A DNA stretch of 64,000 nt from Camelus dromedarius (taxonomy: Eukaryota). Position 1 is the first letter of the stretch; every line of letters begins with the position of its first letter. The stretch spans positions 108,130,001 through 108,194,000 of the forward strand of contig NC_087436.1 of assembly GCF_036321535.1 (NCBI RefSeq). The letters run 5' to 3'. The notes under the pieces were generated by a model. The model was not told the origin of the DNA, made no database searches, and saw nothing but the letters and a program-made list of their open reading frames with translations. A program made the position numbers and the translations under genes. This document shows positions 1 to 13,220 of the stretch, piece after piece.

Positions 1-24
1 ATTTGAGAAGACTGTAGTATTCTT
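1..24 (-). pseudogene. Putative exon truncated by window edge (phase 2; ...GRILQSSQ)
   Basis: Minus strand CTCTAAC branch-like site + TGCTTTTGTTCCTGTCAATAG acceptor; open in the phase left by exon 210-601. Confidence 0.4.
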
Positions 25-209
25 CTATTGACAGGAACAAAAGCAGCGCAGTTAGAGAAATGCTTGGAGCAAAATGGCGGTCAGAGAAAATAAAGAGGTT
101 TTTGTCAATGATTTTTTTTGATAGTATTTAAGTCTTTTACTATGTAAATTTTAATAAACTTATCTTTTATCTGTGTTTTACTACAGCTAATATTAAAATT
201 GGTTTTTAC

Positions 210-601
210 CCTCCTCGATCTACAACAATTGAAAATGACAAAAGACCAAAAGGAACTCCATGTATGGTCCAGGGATGGATGAGGACCTCGAGGGATATAT
301 ATAGTTTGCTGCAGCTGAGCCTGCAAGCGGGAAATAAAGACCTGGGTAACTGAGGGTCTTCTGCATCCGTCATAGTTTGGCATCCTTGCACAGGTTTTGC
401 TAAATGGCTGATATGCCTTTATGAGTTACCTCCTTGCCCACTGCAAACAACACCTCATATTGCTCTTAAAAGAATTTCCATTGTATGAAGGGCCATCTGG
501 CCATGTGCCTGTTTTCCTAGTGGATGCTCCCTTTTAAATTTCCATATCTGCAATTCTTCTTTGAGCCACGACATGTTTTTGGCTTTCATGTCAATAAGCT
601 T
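210..601 (-). pseudogene. Pseudo-exon, 392 nt, phase 0->2: KLIDMKAKNMSWLKEELQIWKF...LLSFSIVVDRG with 2 stops
   Basis: TTTTTTGTAG acceptor, AGG|GTAAAA donor; one frame of 130 codons with only TGA 455-457 and TAA 419-421. Confidence 0.6.
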
Positions 602-921
602 CTACAAAAAATGCATGTATGTTTGTTTAAAACATGGGGAGCAGGGGGTTGATGGAAAAAGGAGTAGTGACCATTCCTCAGCTTTTCCTTACTTCTTTCC
701 AAGTTTGTAGTTTTATTTGAGAGTTAGGTTCATAACTACGTACCACTTACTACAATATTTTCACCTACACATTTGTCTTCTATGAATTCTCTGCCCACTA
801 TCCCTGACTTTTGAGTGAAAAGGAGGGTTAACGAGAGCAAATCTTCTATCTTACCCAGAGAGGTTCTGGACATGAGAGAGTACTACAGAAGTTCATAAAA
901 ATTTCACTTAAGATCTCTTAC

Positions 922-989
922 CTGAATTTTGACAGTACACTGGCTAATCAGAGAACCAGTAGTAAGTTTTTCAGAATGATTTTCCCTTT
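922..989 (-). pseudogene. Pseudo-exon, 68 nt, phase 1->0: ERENHSEKLTTGSLISQCTVKIQ (open)
   Basis: TTATTTTTCAG acceptor, CAG|GTAAGA donor; phases match both neighbours. Confidence 0.7.
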
Positions 990-1620
990 CTGAAAAATAA
1001 CAATAATGGTAATTGACTGAGGGCTCACTGTGTGCCAGTCACTGTGCTGGTCCTTTATATATACTATTTTATTTCATCTTCACCAAAAATTACTATATGG
1101 GAGCCATTAATAGCCAGCTATAGAAGAAGGAATTTAGCATCAGTGTGTTTAAGTCAGGACCTTCCAAAGTCTGGAAGGCTAAGTCATGTTTACTTTTTTT
1201 TGGACTCTTGGAATATTAAAAATTAAAGTACCAAATAAGGTCACAAAAATTATTGTGATAATTTTGAAACCACATATGGAACGAAATAAAATTTTTAACA
1301 CAAAAACGATGCAATAAAGTTGGTCTAATGCACAAAATCTTCACAGCCTGTATATTTTAAAAATTAATCCACAGTGTGTTATAGACGGCATAGCTAGATG
1401 AAGGAACACGACTTACATTTATGGTATGAATGCCATTCTTTAGTCTCTTGCGTGTATCTCTGGGAAGCAGCGGAGACACAGGGGATTACGCAACCTGCCC
1501 ATCACCACACAGCTAGGAGATAACAAGGCCAAGAGATGAACTTAGGTGTCTGACCCCAGCATCTATGCTTTAAAAGGGCTATTTCCCTAGGTAAGCCTAC
1601 ACTTGAACTTTTTTACTCAC

Positions 1621-1801
1621 CATAAGCCACTTCTAGCTTTGAAATAGCGGGAAGATGAGAAGAAATATTTATTTGGCTGAAATATATTATGAGAGCAAGT
1701 ACATTCTCAGGTTCCTACTGTCCTCGTCCCTGTTTGAATGGTACCAGGTCACAGGGTGTGTTCCTTTTGGCGGGCTCTGCTTTCATGCACAGGTGCGCCT
1801 C
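1621..1801 (-). pseudogene. Pseudo-exon, 181 nt, phase 0->1: EAHLCMKAEPAKRNTPCDLVPFKQGRGQ*EPENVLALIIYFSQINISSHLPAISKLEVAY
   Basis: CACCCTCAG acceptor, ATG|GTGAGT donor; single TAG at 1715-1717; phase matches exon 922-989. Confidence 0.6.
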
Positions 1802-4292
1802 CTGAGGGTGACCGGCGCACATAGTGGCAGTGGGGGCTAGGAGAACCAACAGTGGGCTTGGGTTCCAATCTCAGCACTGATGTTTTTACCTACAAAATAG
1901 TGGTGTTGTGGGAAGGACATTTCAGAAGCCGTATAAATGTTTCTAACACGGGGACTTCTGTGTATTAGACGTCAGACTTTTCTGGAATGGATTCAGTCCG
2001 AGGAGGTCCCAAAGTATGTGTAGAAGTACCTGAAGGGAGGTTAGTGGGTTCTAAAGGACCTTTTGGAAATAAGCAGTCTTGTAGTCAACTCTAAGGTATT
2101 AGGCCTTAGCACAGGCAAGGTCATGATCACAGGTTCAAGGTCCTTTTGAGTCAATTAGCAACACCTAGAAGCTACTTGCAGGGCTAGTCCTGTGCGGTCA
2201 AAGGCATGCAGAAAGGAGGTACAACAGCCGTTACTGAATCCTGGCTGGTCTCTGCGCCGAGAGTAGACATCTGCCATCACAGTGCCCCCAAACTCTTACA
2301 CCTTCCCTTCCCCACCCACCACTGTGGGCCAGGGTCCGACTTTCGTAGTTGAGAGACTATCATAAAATTCCACCTTATGCTTTGGAAAAAGGGGTTTTAA
2401 AAAAAAAAGGAAGGTGGCAGTCACCTTGAAATGATATACGTTTTAATGTCATCCATGTATACTGCCTGTTCCTAAAAGGATCGAGAATGAAAGTAAGTTA
2501 GAAACGAGTATTGGCAAGGACTACATTAACAGTTTAAAAGCTCATTTAAAATCATTTTATAAGTCTTGTTGAGAAGAATTGCTTTTTTTTCCCCCTGATA
2601 GTTCTAAAATAGCCCTCACTTTGGGGTCTTGACCTTTTCCTACTTGCCTGCCCCAAATAAGATTGTTTTGAAACATCTTCTGAGTAAATAGCTGTTACAG
2701 CAACATTTTAAAAATAGTCAATATTTCTATTTTCCATAGAGTGTAAGTTATCAATGGAAAATATATCAATTTTGTGTTTGATTTCCTTTTTCAAGTAACC
2801 CTTGGACCAAATTATTAGAGCTGCTGTCGAAGTTTCCCTTTGGAAAATAGAAAATACTGGGGGATGTTGGAGTAACTTTCTTTCCTATTTCTCCTGCTAT
2901 TTTTTTCAGATGTAACAAACACTTATTTTTAATAACAGCTTGAGTTTTTTCCTTGGTTAATATTTTAGTCCTTCTATTGGCTCCGTGTATGGGATCTGTG
3001 GTTTTTAAGAGTGAACACTTATAACTGCCAAGCTGTTACAATCTTTTTTATATAGAAACAATTACTTTAGACCACAAACCAAAATTATATGAAGATAATG
3101 TTACATGGGAGGCTCAAGTAGCAAGAAATAGGGTCCTAATTAATGCTGCTTTTGTGCTATTATTTTTCTGGGTAGATTACATAATGCTACATTTATAACA
3201 GGAGATGAGTTCCCAATGTGGTTTAGCAAGTCAGTTTATGGGCAGATGTTATGGTGTGCCATCTTTCAGGCCAGCGGGAGACATTTATTTTATTCCGTGG
3301 TGTTAGTGGTCAGGGAAGGATATCTGTTGTGGATTTTGACAAGAGAAACACTACATACTCAGATAGTAAACCGTATAACTTTGGAAAATTTTTATGATTA
3401 AAATAAAAAACAAAAAAATGACCATGTAGAAGAAATAAAGAGAAATTGTATTTTCCATTACTGGAAAAGGTTTTAACAAAAATATGAAGCCTGTGAAGCC
3501 AGAAATACCTCAGGGCACTCCCACCTCTGCTTTCTGTCCCTTAAAACTTCAGGATGAAGGTGACAGGGTGTTTAAGATACCAGAAATGGTCACACTCTGG
3601 CTCATATCCATCGGTCCAAGAGGTGAGAGGAAGGCCCATCACACTTCTGAAAAAAGAGCTTTGGACTCAGCCCTGTCTCTGAAGTGCCTGCAGACTACTT
3701 GGGTTGGACTGTACACCCCCTACCCGGGGCTGAGAGTTCTCCTTCACAGCTAGAACGTTCTCCTTACTCAGTTCAGATCTAAGACATTTTTTTTCCCTTG
3801 AGAAATAAAGGCTTTTAGTAATTTCTTACAGCAAAATTGTTTGATATTTTTTCCTTTGCCTTTTGGCACTGGTTTAAGGTCACTGCATGTCTGCTGTTTT
3901 ATTTTTTATTTGTTACTTGCCTCAACATTTCATGGATATCAGTTGGAAAATAAGGAAAAAAGAATCTATTAGGTGAGGGTACTAGAAAAGGGTGGTGGTT
4001 GCAGTCAGAGAGTAACTTTTTTGTTTGGAATCTTCTATCTTGTGGATATATTAGTTATGATGTGTCAATTTGGTGAGTCACTCTGAGCCACAGGACTCCC
4101 ATGGGAAAGACAGATTTGATAACAATTATCTCCCAGAATTGGGTTGCAACACAATTTAGAAAGTGAGAATGCTATGTAAATGAGAACTTAAGTATCATTG
4201 TTATGTTTTCATCACTACAACCACTACTGGAAAATTGAACGAGATTATAAGAATAGCCCGTATTTGGACCCCTGGTTAGGGATAGCTCTCAC

Positions 4293-4505
4293 AAGTTAGG
4301 ATAGTGGGTGGAAAGCCCCAAGCCCCCTGAGCCGATTCTGACCTCCATGTCGGAGCTGGCCATGCTAGCCTCTTTCCTTCTGCTGAGTTGTTTTGTTCTG
4401 TTTTTAACTGCAGAAGCAAGGCACACCAATTCACTATTGAAATTCCTCTGAGCTACACTTCCTCTAATCTTCTCCAGCTGTCCTCTGTGACCCACAATCC
4501 CACAT
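4293..4505 (-). pseudogene. Putative exon, 213 nt, open in phase 2: CGIVGHRGQLEKIRGSVAQRNFNSELVCLASAVK...HYPN
   Basis: TTTTCGAATTTTCCCTGAAG acceptor, CTT|GTGAGA donor; overlaps ORF-track 4289..4495. Confidence 0.5.
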
Positions 4506-4605
4506 CTTCAGGGAAAATTCGAAAAGATGTGTTGGTAAATCAGTAGAAAGTTAAATATGTTATGTATTCTGCTTGATGTGAAATGCTCCTTAATATAGAA
4601 CTTAC

Positions 4606-4637
4606 TTTTGATGGGAGGTGAGGAGTTATATAAAAGT
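4606..4637 (-). pseudogene. Putative 32-nt exon (frame uncertain)
   Basis: TTTCTGCATCTTTTAG acceptor and AAA|GTAAGT donor; 100-nt GT-AG intron to exon 4293-4505. Confidence 0.45.
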
Positions 4638-5726
4638 CTAAAAGATGCAGAAAAATCATAACACAGTTCATTTAACCAAAGTTTATTGAATGTTTCTTAT
4701 GTGCAGGGCATTTGAAGTAGGTAATTTAAGAGACATGCAGAAAATAACATGTCTGTCCCTGCCTTCCATAGCCTTGCGTCTAGATGAGGGAAGTAAGAGG
4801 TGTATATAAAGGTATGTACAAGTATTGTATTTAGTATGATGTAGAGGGGTAGTGAGGATATTTCTTAGTGAAAAAATTAGAGGACTTTTACTAAACGATC
4901 CATTTTAGATGAGCCTTATATGATGAGTAAAGTATTGAAAGGTAGAGCTACAGGAGTACTAGTTAAGGGACTGGCCCAAGAAAAAAATCTGCTGGCAGGA
5001 AAGGAGATACAGGAAATGGCTGTTAGCCTGAAGCTAGCATAGGGAGTACATATAGGGTGAAAGGGAATGAAAAATCTCTCCTTGGTTTTTTTTTTTTCTT
5101 AAACTAGATTACCCTCATTAATTTTGTAATTGAATACTACCTCTTATTAGTCAGTTATCTATTATCACTGGTTTACCAATATAGAAACCAGGGCCCAAGG
5201 AGATAATTAACTCTTTGGAAACAAAGAGCTAGCAAGTAACAGGACTTGAAACCAGGTTTTCTTCTGTTAAGGGTAATCATACTCTTTCTACCATAGAGTG
5301 TCAACAGTAACAATAATGAATTTTGTGATTTACTGAGTACCTACTGTGTGCCACAGTTTTCATTTTTCTTAATCCTAGGAAGTACCTAAACTGTAGCAAT
5401 TATTATCTGAACAGTCATATGAGGAAATTAGTTTGGGAAATTTATTTGGTGTATAAAAATAATGGAAGTTAAGGTTGAGAAAGAGTAATAGAGATAGAAA
5501 TGGGTTGAGTTGCGATACCAGGCAAAAGAGTCCATTTTACATAAAAACTAATAAGGTGACCGTTAAATATATTAGTCTAAAAATGCATGATTTGGATCAT
5601 GCTTAAAGAAGATTCATCTGCCAGCTCTATCAGGACTAAATGAAGAAATGAGACATCCTGAGTAACATTTTTTAAATGGATTAATATTCAAAGTATGCAA
5701 ATAGCTTTTTTTTAAAAAAAAAAAAC

Positions 5727-5862
5727 ACCTTTATTGTGGTATGGTTGCTGTACAGTAAACTACACATATTTCAGGTGTACAAGTTGATGAATTTTGATAG
5801 GTGTCTACACCAATGAAACCACTACCACAATCAAGATAGTTAACATTTCTATCACTCCCCAA
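5727..5862 (-). mobile_element. Old L1 3' end fragment (L1MB/MC-like)
   Basis: TTTATTGTGGTATGGTTG...TACACATATTTCAGGTGTACA...ACCACTACCACAATCAAGATA motif typical of reverse L1M 3' ends. Confidence 0.7.
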
Positions 5863-5879
5863 AAGGTGCAATTTTCAAA

Positions 5880-6950
5880 TTCCCAAAGAACTTTTAAAAC
5901 TCAACAATAAGAAAACAAACAACCTGATTAAAAAATGGACCAAAGATCATAACAGATACCTCACCAAAGAAAATACATAGATGGCAAATAAGCATGTGAA
6001 AAAATACCCTGTATCTTATGTCGGGGAAATGCAAATTAACACTACAGGGTGATAGATACCACTACACACCTATTAGAATGGCCAAAATCTGGAACACTGA
6101 CCGTATCAAGTGCTGATGAGAATGTAGAGCAACGCTGATTTGTCGCTGGTGGGAATGCAAAATGGTACAGCCACTGTGCAAGACAGTTTGGTAGTTTCTT
6201 ACAAAACTAAACGTACTCTTACCACACTAGTCAGCAGTCGTGCTCCTTGGTATCTACCCAAAGGAATTAAAAACTTATGTCTATACAAAACGCTTAACTT
6301 GGACGTTTTTAGCTGCTGCTTTATAAATGCCAAAACTTGGAAGCAATCCAAGTATCCTCCAGTAGATGAATGGATACACAAACTGTGGCACACCCAGATA
6401 ATGGAGCACTATTCAGAACTAAAAGTAAATGAGCTATCAAGTAATGAAAAGACATGGAGGAATTGAAAATGTGTATTACTAAGTGAAAGAAGCCAATCTA
6501 AAAAGGCTATATACTGTATGATTTTAACTATATGACCTTCTGGAAAAGGCAAAACTGTGGAATCAGTAGAAAGGTCAGTATTGCCAGGGTTTGGGGAATA
6601 AGGGAGGGATGAAGAGGCAAAGCACAGAGAATTTTTAGGGCAGTTGAAATGCTTTGTATGGCACCATAATGATAGATATGTGTGCATCTGTCCAAACACA
6701 CAGAATGTACAACACCAGAAGTAAACTGTAATGTAAATTATGGACTTTGGGTGATTATGATGTATCATTATAGGTTCATCAAATGCACCACAACAAATGG
6801 ACCACTCTGGTGAGGGCTGTTGATAATGAGGGAGGCCATGCATATGGGGGTGGGGAGTATATGGGAAATCTATGTATTTTCCCCTCAATTTTGCTGTAAA
6901 CCAAAAATTGTTCTAAAATTTATTTTGATTTTAAAAAATTGGAATAAAAA
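5880..6950 (+). mobile_element. L1MC-like LINE-1, ORF2 C-terminus and 3' UTR, 5'-truncated
   Basis: AACTCAACAATAAGAAAACAAACAACC...AAATGG; ORF remnants 'AKTWKQSKYPPVDEWI'; L1MC-type 3' UTR. Confidence 0.85.
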
Positions 6951-7252
6951 AGTGATGATTGAATGTTGGATGGAGCCAAATTTCAGTCACTACTCAGGTT
7001 TTTAATATGTTTAAGAAAAACCATCATTTTTAACATGGTTAGACAATGAAATGCTCCAGTAAAGTAAATACATGCACTAAAATGCCGATCATACACAGAT
7101 CACCAGATTGTAAAGAAAATATAGTGCCTAATTTCCTCTATAACCAGTTTTTGAGTGCAAATTACACGCAAATTACTCTGAGTTTAGAGTGTGATAAGAT
7201 ACCTGGCCTCCTGAGAATGTACGATCTTAGCATTCCCAAAAATTTGACTTGT

Positions 7253-8136
7253 TGTTTTTGTTTTTACTTTGTAGTTTTTTTAATTTTTGGTGAAGTATGG
7301 TCAGTTACAATGTGTCAATTTCTGGTTATAGCATAATATTTCCATAATACATATATATGTGTATATGTGTGTATATATATTCACATACACATATATTCAT
7401 TTTCATATTCTTTTCCATTAGAGGTTACTATAAGATACTGAATATAGTTCCCTGTGCTATAGAAGAAATTTGGTTTTTTAATCTATTTTTTATATAGTAG
7501 TTAATATTTACAAATCTCGAACTCTCAATTTATCCCTTCCCACCCCTTTCCCCTTCCCTCGGGTAACCATAAGTTTGTTTACTATGTCTGCAAGTCTGTT
7601 TCTGTTTTGTAGATAAGTTCTTAGTTCATTAGTGTCTTCTTATTTATTTTCTTTCTTTTTTTTTAGATTCTACATATGAGTGATATCATATGGTATTTTT
7701 CTTTTTCTTTCTGGCTTACTTCAGTTAAAATGACAATCTCCAGATCCATCCATGTTGCTACAAATGGCATTATTTTATTCATTTATGGCTGAATAGTATT
7801 CCATTTATATATATACCAAAGCTTCTTTATCCCGTCATCTATTGATGGACATTTAGATTGCTTCCATGTTTTGACTATTGTAAATAGTGCTGCTGTGAAC
7901 ATTGGGGTACATGTATCTTTTTGAATTAGAGTTCCCTCCAGATATATGCCCAGGAGTTGGATTGCTGGATATAGTAAGTCTATTTTTAGTTTTCTGAGGA
8001 ATCTCCAAACTGTTTTCCATAATGGTTGCACCAAACTACATTTCCACCAAGAGTGTGGGAGGTTCCCTTTTCTCTACCCCACCTCCAGCATTTATTGTTC
8101 GTGGAATTTTGAAAGATGGCCATTCTGACTGGTGTG
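7253..8136 (-). mobile_element. Young lineage-specific (camelid-like) L1, 5'-truncated, with TSD
   Basis: ORF2 end '[19 protein letters not shown]...KDTCTPMFTAALFT'; TSD AAAA(A/G)TTTGACTTGT at 7238-7252 and 8137-8151. Confidence 0.9.
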
Positions 8137-9481
8137 AAAAGTTTGACTTGTGATATCCATTTCTTTATTTCAAGTATATGGTAGGCTCTCAATAAAAGTC
8201 ATTGTTTGAATAAATCAATGAGTGAGTGTATCAGTCAATCACTGATTCTTATGATTATCATTTGCTGAATAGCCATGTTTTATTGTCAATGGTATTATCA
8301 GCTTATGATGATGAGGTATCACCATACCTTGGAACATAAATATATTATTATCATTCCAATTCATGACAATTATATTTTAGACAATTTTGTTTTATATTTC
8401 TTTAGTTATCAAACTAATTAAATGTATTCATAAAATATTCAATGGTGGATTTTTAAAAAATTATTTTTCACTATAAGAAATGTTATTATAATGAGTTTCT
8501 AGTGTATTATACCAATGAAATAAATGGTCAAGCTTCATAAAGTCTTAAATTTGACTTAACGTTAAGTCAGCAGTATTTTTAAACTATTTAAAAAAGTAAA
8601 CCACCATATAGATCAGTAGTTCAGGCCAAAATGTCAAGCCGATTCCTTTTTTACTTATGTTCATATGAAAAATTAATATTAAACATTCATATTAAATGCA
8701 GCATCCAAAACATTTTTTATCATATCTTAGTTACTTTTCTCAGTGAAAAGTGAAGAGTTCACCTATATAGGTTTTATTCCATTTCTTAAACCCACTCTTT
8801 ATTATATTAAACCACCCAATTGATTGCCGAGCAGCTAGAACTAAATTTTTCTCAAATAGATTTTCAGGTGAAATATGTGAGGCTAATCTAATAATCAATG
8901 GAGTACTTTGTGAACTGCATATAAATTATACATATTATTTCAAGAGGCTTTGAACTGGTTTGTGTACTAATTCAGCTTTGTCAGTAGGATACATTTGCAA
9001 ACTGAGAGTTGCAATTCTGTTACATTACCAACCTCTTATTGGAGAACACTTACAGAATCATCAAAGTCCTACAACTGAAGGTTTAGACCGTTGTCATTTC
9101 CCAAGGGAGACAGAGGTCATGGTGCAAGACAGAAGGAACGTGGGACTTTTACCCTCAGTCTAGTGCTCATGACACTCTGCTGCTCACCCCTCCCGCTTCC
9201 CCGCCAAGACTAAAGTATGTCACATTAAGAATATACATTATGCGATACTCTGGAGCTCTGTTGTGTCTGCCTGTCTCTAATACAGCACTGGTCACATTAT
9301 TTAAGACAAAATGGTGAATTCTTCAAGTTAAATATGCAGTCAAGTTACCTCCCATAAAAGTAAGTGCATTTAATGAGACCTTTAAACATTTGCTTCTGGA
9401 AAGCTTATATGGTAGTTAGAGGATTTTCCTTGTTTTCAATATTTATCTGTATGCTTGTGTATCTTAAGTAAGATGATATTT

Positions 9482-9590
9482 AAAGAATATGAAAAGGAAT
9501 ATATGTGTGTATATGGATGACTGAAACATCATGCCGTACATCAGAAATTGATGCAGTACTGTAAACTGACTGTACTTGAATTTAAAAAGA
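9482..9590 (+). mobile_element. Short 3' end of same young L1 family
   Basis: ATGACTGAAAC...ACATCAGAAATTGA...TGTAAACTGACTGTACTTGAATTTAAAAA matches the 3' end of the copy at 37.2-37.3 kb. Confidence 0.75.
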
Positions 9591-10512
9591 TATTTGGTTC
9601 ATTGATAATACTGAGTTGTGGATTTATCAAACTTCAGATTATAGGCAAATGCAAGCCAAGAGAGTTTCCAGTAGATCTCAGTAGATTTCACAGGCTTCTG
9701 CACCAAAGCTCACATATTGACTCATAGAAAGAGCCCCACTCAGAGTCCAGTTATCCTCTTGTTACAGATAGGTCTTAAAGATATATTTCTCTACTTCTGA
9801 TCCTGTAGACCAGAAAAAAAATTACAGAGTAAAAGAACATTAATAATACTAATTTTACATAATAGGGATAATTCTAATTATAATAATTATCCAATAGTGA
9901 GTATCTGCATACCAGTCATAAGCCAAGCACTATCCCAGGTGTATTTCTAGTCCTCACATCAACTTTACAGCCTGAGAATTGTATCTTGATTTTAGAGATA
10001 AGGAGGCAAGGCTTAGATATCTTTTGCCTTGCTTGAGATTAATCACAAAGTGTGGAGTGTGGAAAGGGAGTTTATCTGGCACCAGACCTGTAGATCTGTT
10101 ATTACAGCAAAGTAGGTACCAGAAAATACTAAACCAACAGAGGTAGCAACCTAGTGCTCAGGAGCTGCCTTGATTTTCTTTAATTAAAAAAATATTATTG
10201 TAAGAGAACTAAAAAGCAAATGGTCACAGAGCAGGACTGGGAAGACAGTATTGCTTTCTGCCACTGCTACATGTCTGCTCAGTGTGGTTCATATTTATCT
10301 GCTATTATTCATATTATTATTCATAATACGAGCTGACACTCGTTGAGCTAGATCAGGGAAGGCTTCCTGAAGGAACGGAAATAGTAGCAGTGACCTGAGT
10401 GATTAATCGGTCAATTGTAAAGGGCAGGGGAGACAGGAGACAGGGAAACAGTGATTGGGGCAGTGTTCTGAGTGCAGAGAACAGCTTGAGCAAGGGCACA
10501 GATACAAGAGAC

Positions 10513-10950
10513 TGCCATGAGTTAAACTGTGTCTCCCTCAAATCCTACGTTGAAGTCCTAACTCTCAGTTCCTCAGAACGTGACCATATTTGGAAAGAGG
10601 TTTGTTACAGATATGATTTAGCTAAGCTGAGGTCATACCAGAGTAGGGAGGGCCACTTATCTAATATGACTGGTATCCTTATAAAAAGGAGCACTTTGGA
10701 CAGAGACTTGAGAACGCCATGTGAAGGCAAGGATAAAGGCGATGCGTCTACACGCCAAGTAACGCGAAAGGTTGCCAGCCAACCACCAGAAGGTGGGGGG
10801 AAACATGGAACAGACTCTCACTCACAGCCCTCAGAAGGCATCAGATCTGCTGATGTCTTGATCTTGGACTTGTAGCTTCCAGAATTGTGAGACTACAAAT
10901 TTCTGTTCTTTAAGCCACACTGTTGGTTATGGTAACTCCAGCAAACTCAT
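10513..10950 (+). mobile_element. MaLR solo LTR (MLT1B/C-like)
   Basis: TG...GTTGAAGTCCTAAC...CAGAACGTGACCATATTTGGAAA...TTTCTGTTCTTTAAGCCAC MLT1 signature. Confidence 0.85.
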
Positions 10951-12604
10951 AGAGAGGCTAAGGCATGACTCTCAGTCATTAGTAAAAGGCAAACTATCCT
11001 CTAAGCACATCATGGAGCTGCAAGTTTTTCACTATGAGCTGTTAAGTTCAGTTAATAACGAACGATTTCACTGTGTCATTTCGTTGTTCAATAAATAAGT
11101 GTTTAGTATCTATGATGTTTCAGTTTCTGTAGGCTAGTGGTCCAAAGCTTGGGGCTGTCCACAAAATTATGAGTTAAGACCCCATTTTAGGATGTAGATT
11201 TTGGAAAATATTCTGCCCTCTAGCATATCAGTGTCCTCATCAACTTCCCCAGGGAGAGGGGATTCAATAAGGTTACAGTATAACATGTTTAATGGATTGT
11301 ATGTTTCATAGCAAGCACCCTGTAATAGAGCTGTATTATTGTTATTGCTGTTTTTGTTACTTTGTTATTGGTATTAGGGGAAATGCTCATTTTTCAACCC
11401 CTCCCTTTAGACTCCCGGCCTCTTCCTGCCTGTGAGATACGTTGGCAGTTTCTGGCTCTGTTCCCTGGCTCCTCATTTCTGGGTTTTGATGGGGCATGAT
11501 GATCAGATGGCCATGATTAGTTCTTTGGCGTGCATTTCAGATTATCTATTAAGTAGCCATCTCCTCAGCCACTGAGGCATATGGTCAGCACTTCCAGGGC
11601 TTAAAATAAATCTGCATCTTAACATGTGGGATTTTATTATGCAAAAGAGAGCCCACATGGGGTCTAATCTTGTTATTTGTTATGCTGGGCACGTCCATGT
11701 GTGCATTCTGGAGAGAATCACGCATTAGGTCCTGGGCCTTCCATTTCACAACATTGCTTAGAAATTCTGGGTGAGAACCTCCTAGCAAGTAGCATCAGCC
11801 CTGAACCGTGCAAGGTGCAGGACAGGAGAGAAGGGTGAGGAGCAATTTTCCCTTCCTTCTTTTGCATACTAATCATTCAGCTTTTGTTTTTTCAATCAGG
11901 CATTTATTTGGCACCTACTATGCATTAGCTGTTTCCCTGGGTACATGGGTGGTGGTAAACAAGATGGCACAGCCCTGGATGCAAGGTGCTTGTTAGAAGA
12001 GATTACTCTTTAATTCTGATTAGAAAAAAAATACCCCCTTTCTCTGTCCCAGGATGCCCACCATTGCAAGTAGAGGGTGGAATGGATTTCAGATTGCATC
12101 CTCTTGACTAAGTGCCACTGGACGGGGCACATCATCAAGACAATTGACAATTACTAAAGAGCATCCTCAGCAGATAACAAACAAGGTGACTAACAATGTA
12201 ATGCTCTGAGGCTGCTTGGTTTGGGGGGTGGGGTGGGGACACGTGTATGTGCTGGAGGAGTTTATTAAATTTCAGTCTGTACCCTCTAACTATAAATCGA
12301 CTGTTTCTTTTGTGAATAGGTAGAAACTAGTGATTTATCCAGCATTTGGTTGAGCAGATATTCTAGGTTTTACATTTTAAAACTAGCTCTTCTTTATTCT
12401 AAGATCTTTTTCCAGCATTACTGTTCTAGAATATTAGTAGAAGAGATTAATGGCAAATAAGAGATTTGTTTGTAGAAATTAGCTCGAGTGTTTTCCTATA
12501 TTAATAGAAACATATACGAGTCTCCAAAATGGAATTTGCATTTTTTTTTCAGGTGTGGCATGTCATCTAAGCTCATAAATAGTGCAAAAGGTAAAAAATA
12601 ACAG

Positions 12605-13220
12605 CACCAAAAATTCAGACTCTGGAGACAGAGAATTGGATTTGGATTCTAATTGCAGTTCCTCCACCTACTTGTTTTGTTAACTTTGGGCAAGTTACTA
12701 ATCCTTTAGAGGGCTTGTAATAATACTTCATTCTTCAGGCGTTGGGAGGATTAAAGGAGATAATGCAAGTGAAGTGTTAAGCACAGCCCACACACGTAGT
12801 AAATATTCAGTAAGTGGTAGCTGTTGTAGTTGATGCTCCTGGTACTTTTTAAAATTCAAAAGGATATGCAACGTGTAAACTAGCATTACGTCTATCAGGA
12901 CAGTGGATTCTCCACTTATCTACATAGAAATAGATGTGTTTATAAACCCGTTATTTTGCACCTGCACAATTAAACACATGTTTATTTCTATGGCATTGTA
13001 AAAATAATTTTGGCTAACACACAGATGACTGCTCCACCCTATCCTGTGTGCTCCCTGTTAAGTAACTCACAGCATCCTCATAACAATCCTGTGGGTAGAT
13101 TCTATTATAAACATTTGGCAGATGAGAAAACTGAGGGTTGAAGGTGAGAACACATAGCTAGTAAGCTGCAGAGGTGGAATTTCAACCCAGACAATCTACT
13201 CCAGCTCTGTTCTTAACAGC
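12605..13220. mobile_element. Two MIR SINEs (12605-12830 +, 13060-13220 -)
   Basis: MIR core motifs TTGGGCAAGTTACT and CAGATGAGAAAACTGAGG. Many more MIR fragments occur, e.g. ~1000, 1470, 1830, 4050, 5160, 9900, 14570, 20720, 20900, 24870, 35080, 40160, 54170. Confidence 0.8.

Noticed and set aside
420..520. MORN-like TGTWPDGPSYNG in an alternative minus-strand frame
   Set aside because: Not in the splice-consistent frame; single short match.
1417..1459. 43-nt AG..GTAAGT segment on the minus strand
   Set aside because: The acceptor lies in a MIR, and joining it to exon 989-922 creates a stop; exons 1801-1621 and 989-922 already join in frame.
6140..8192. ORF-track ORFs of 60-159 aa (also 10399-10875, 36469-37142, 46772-47698)
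   Set aside because: They lie in L1 or MLT repeats and are not host genes.
8552..8569. Perfect 18-bp palindrome TGACTTAACGTTAAGTCA
   Set aside because: A 9-bp-arm palindrome is not unexpected by chance in 64 kb of AT-rich DNA.
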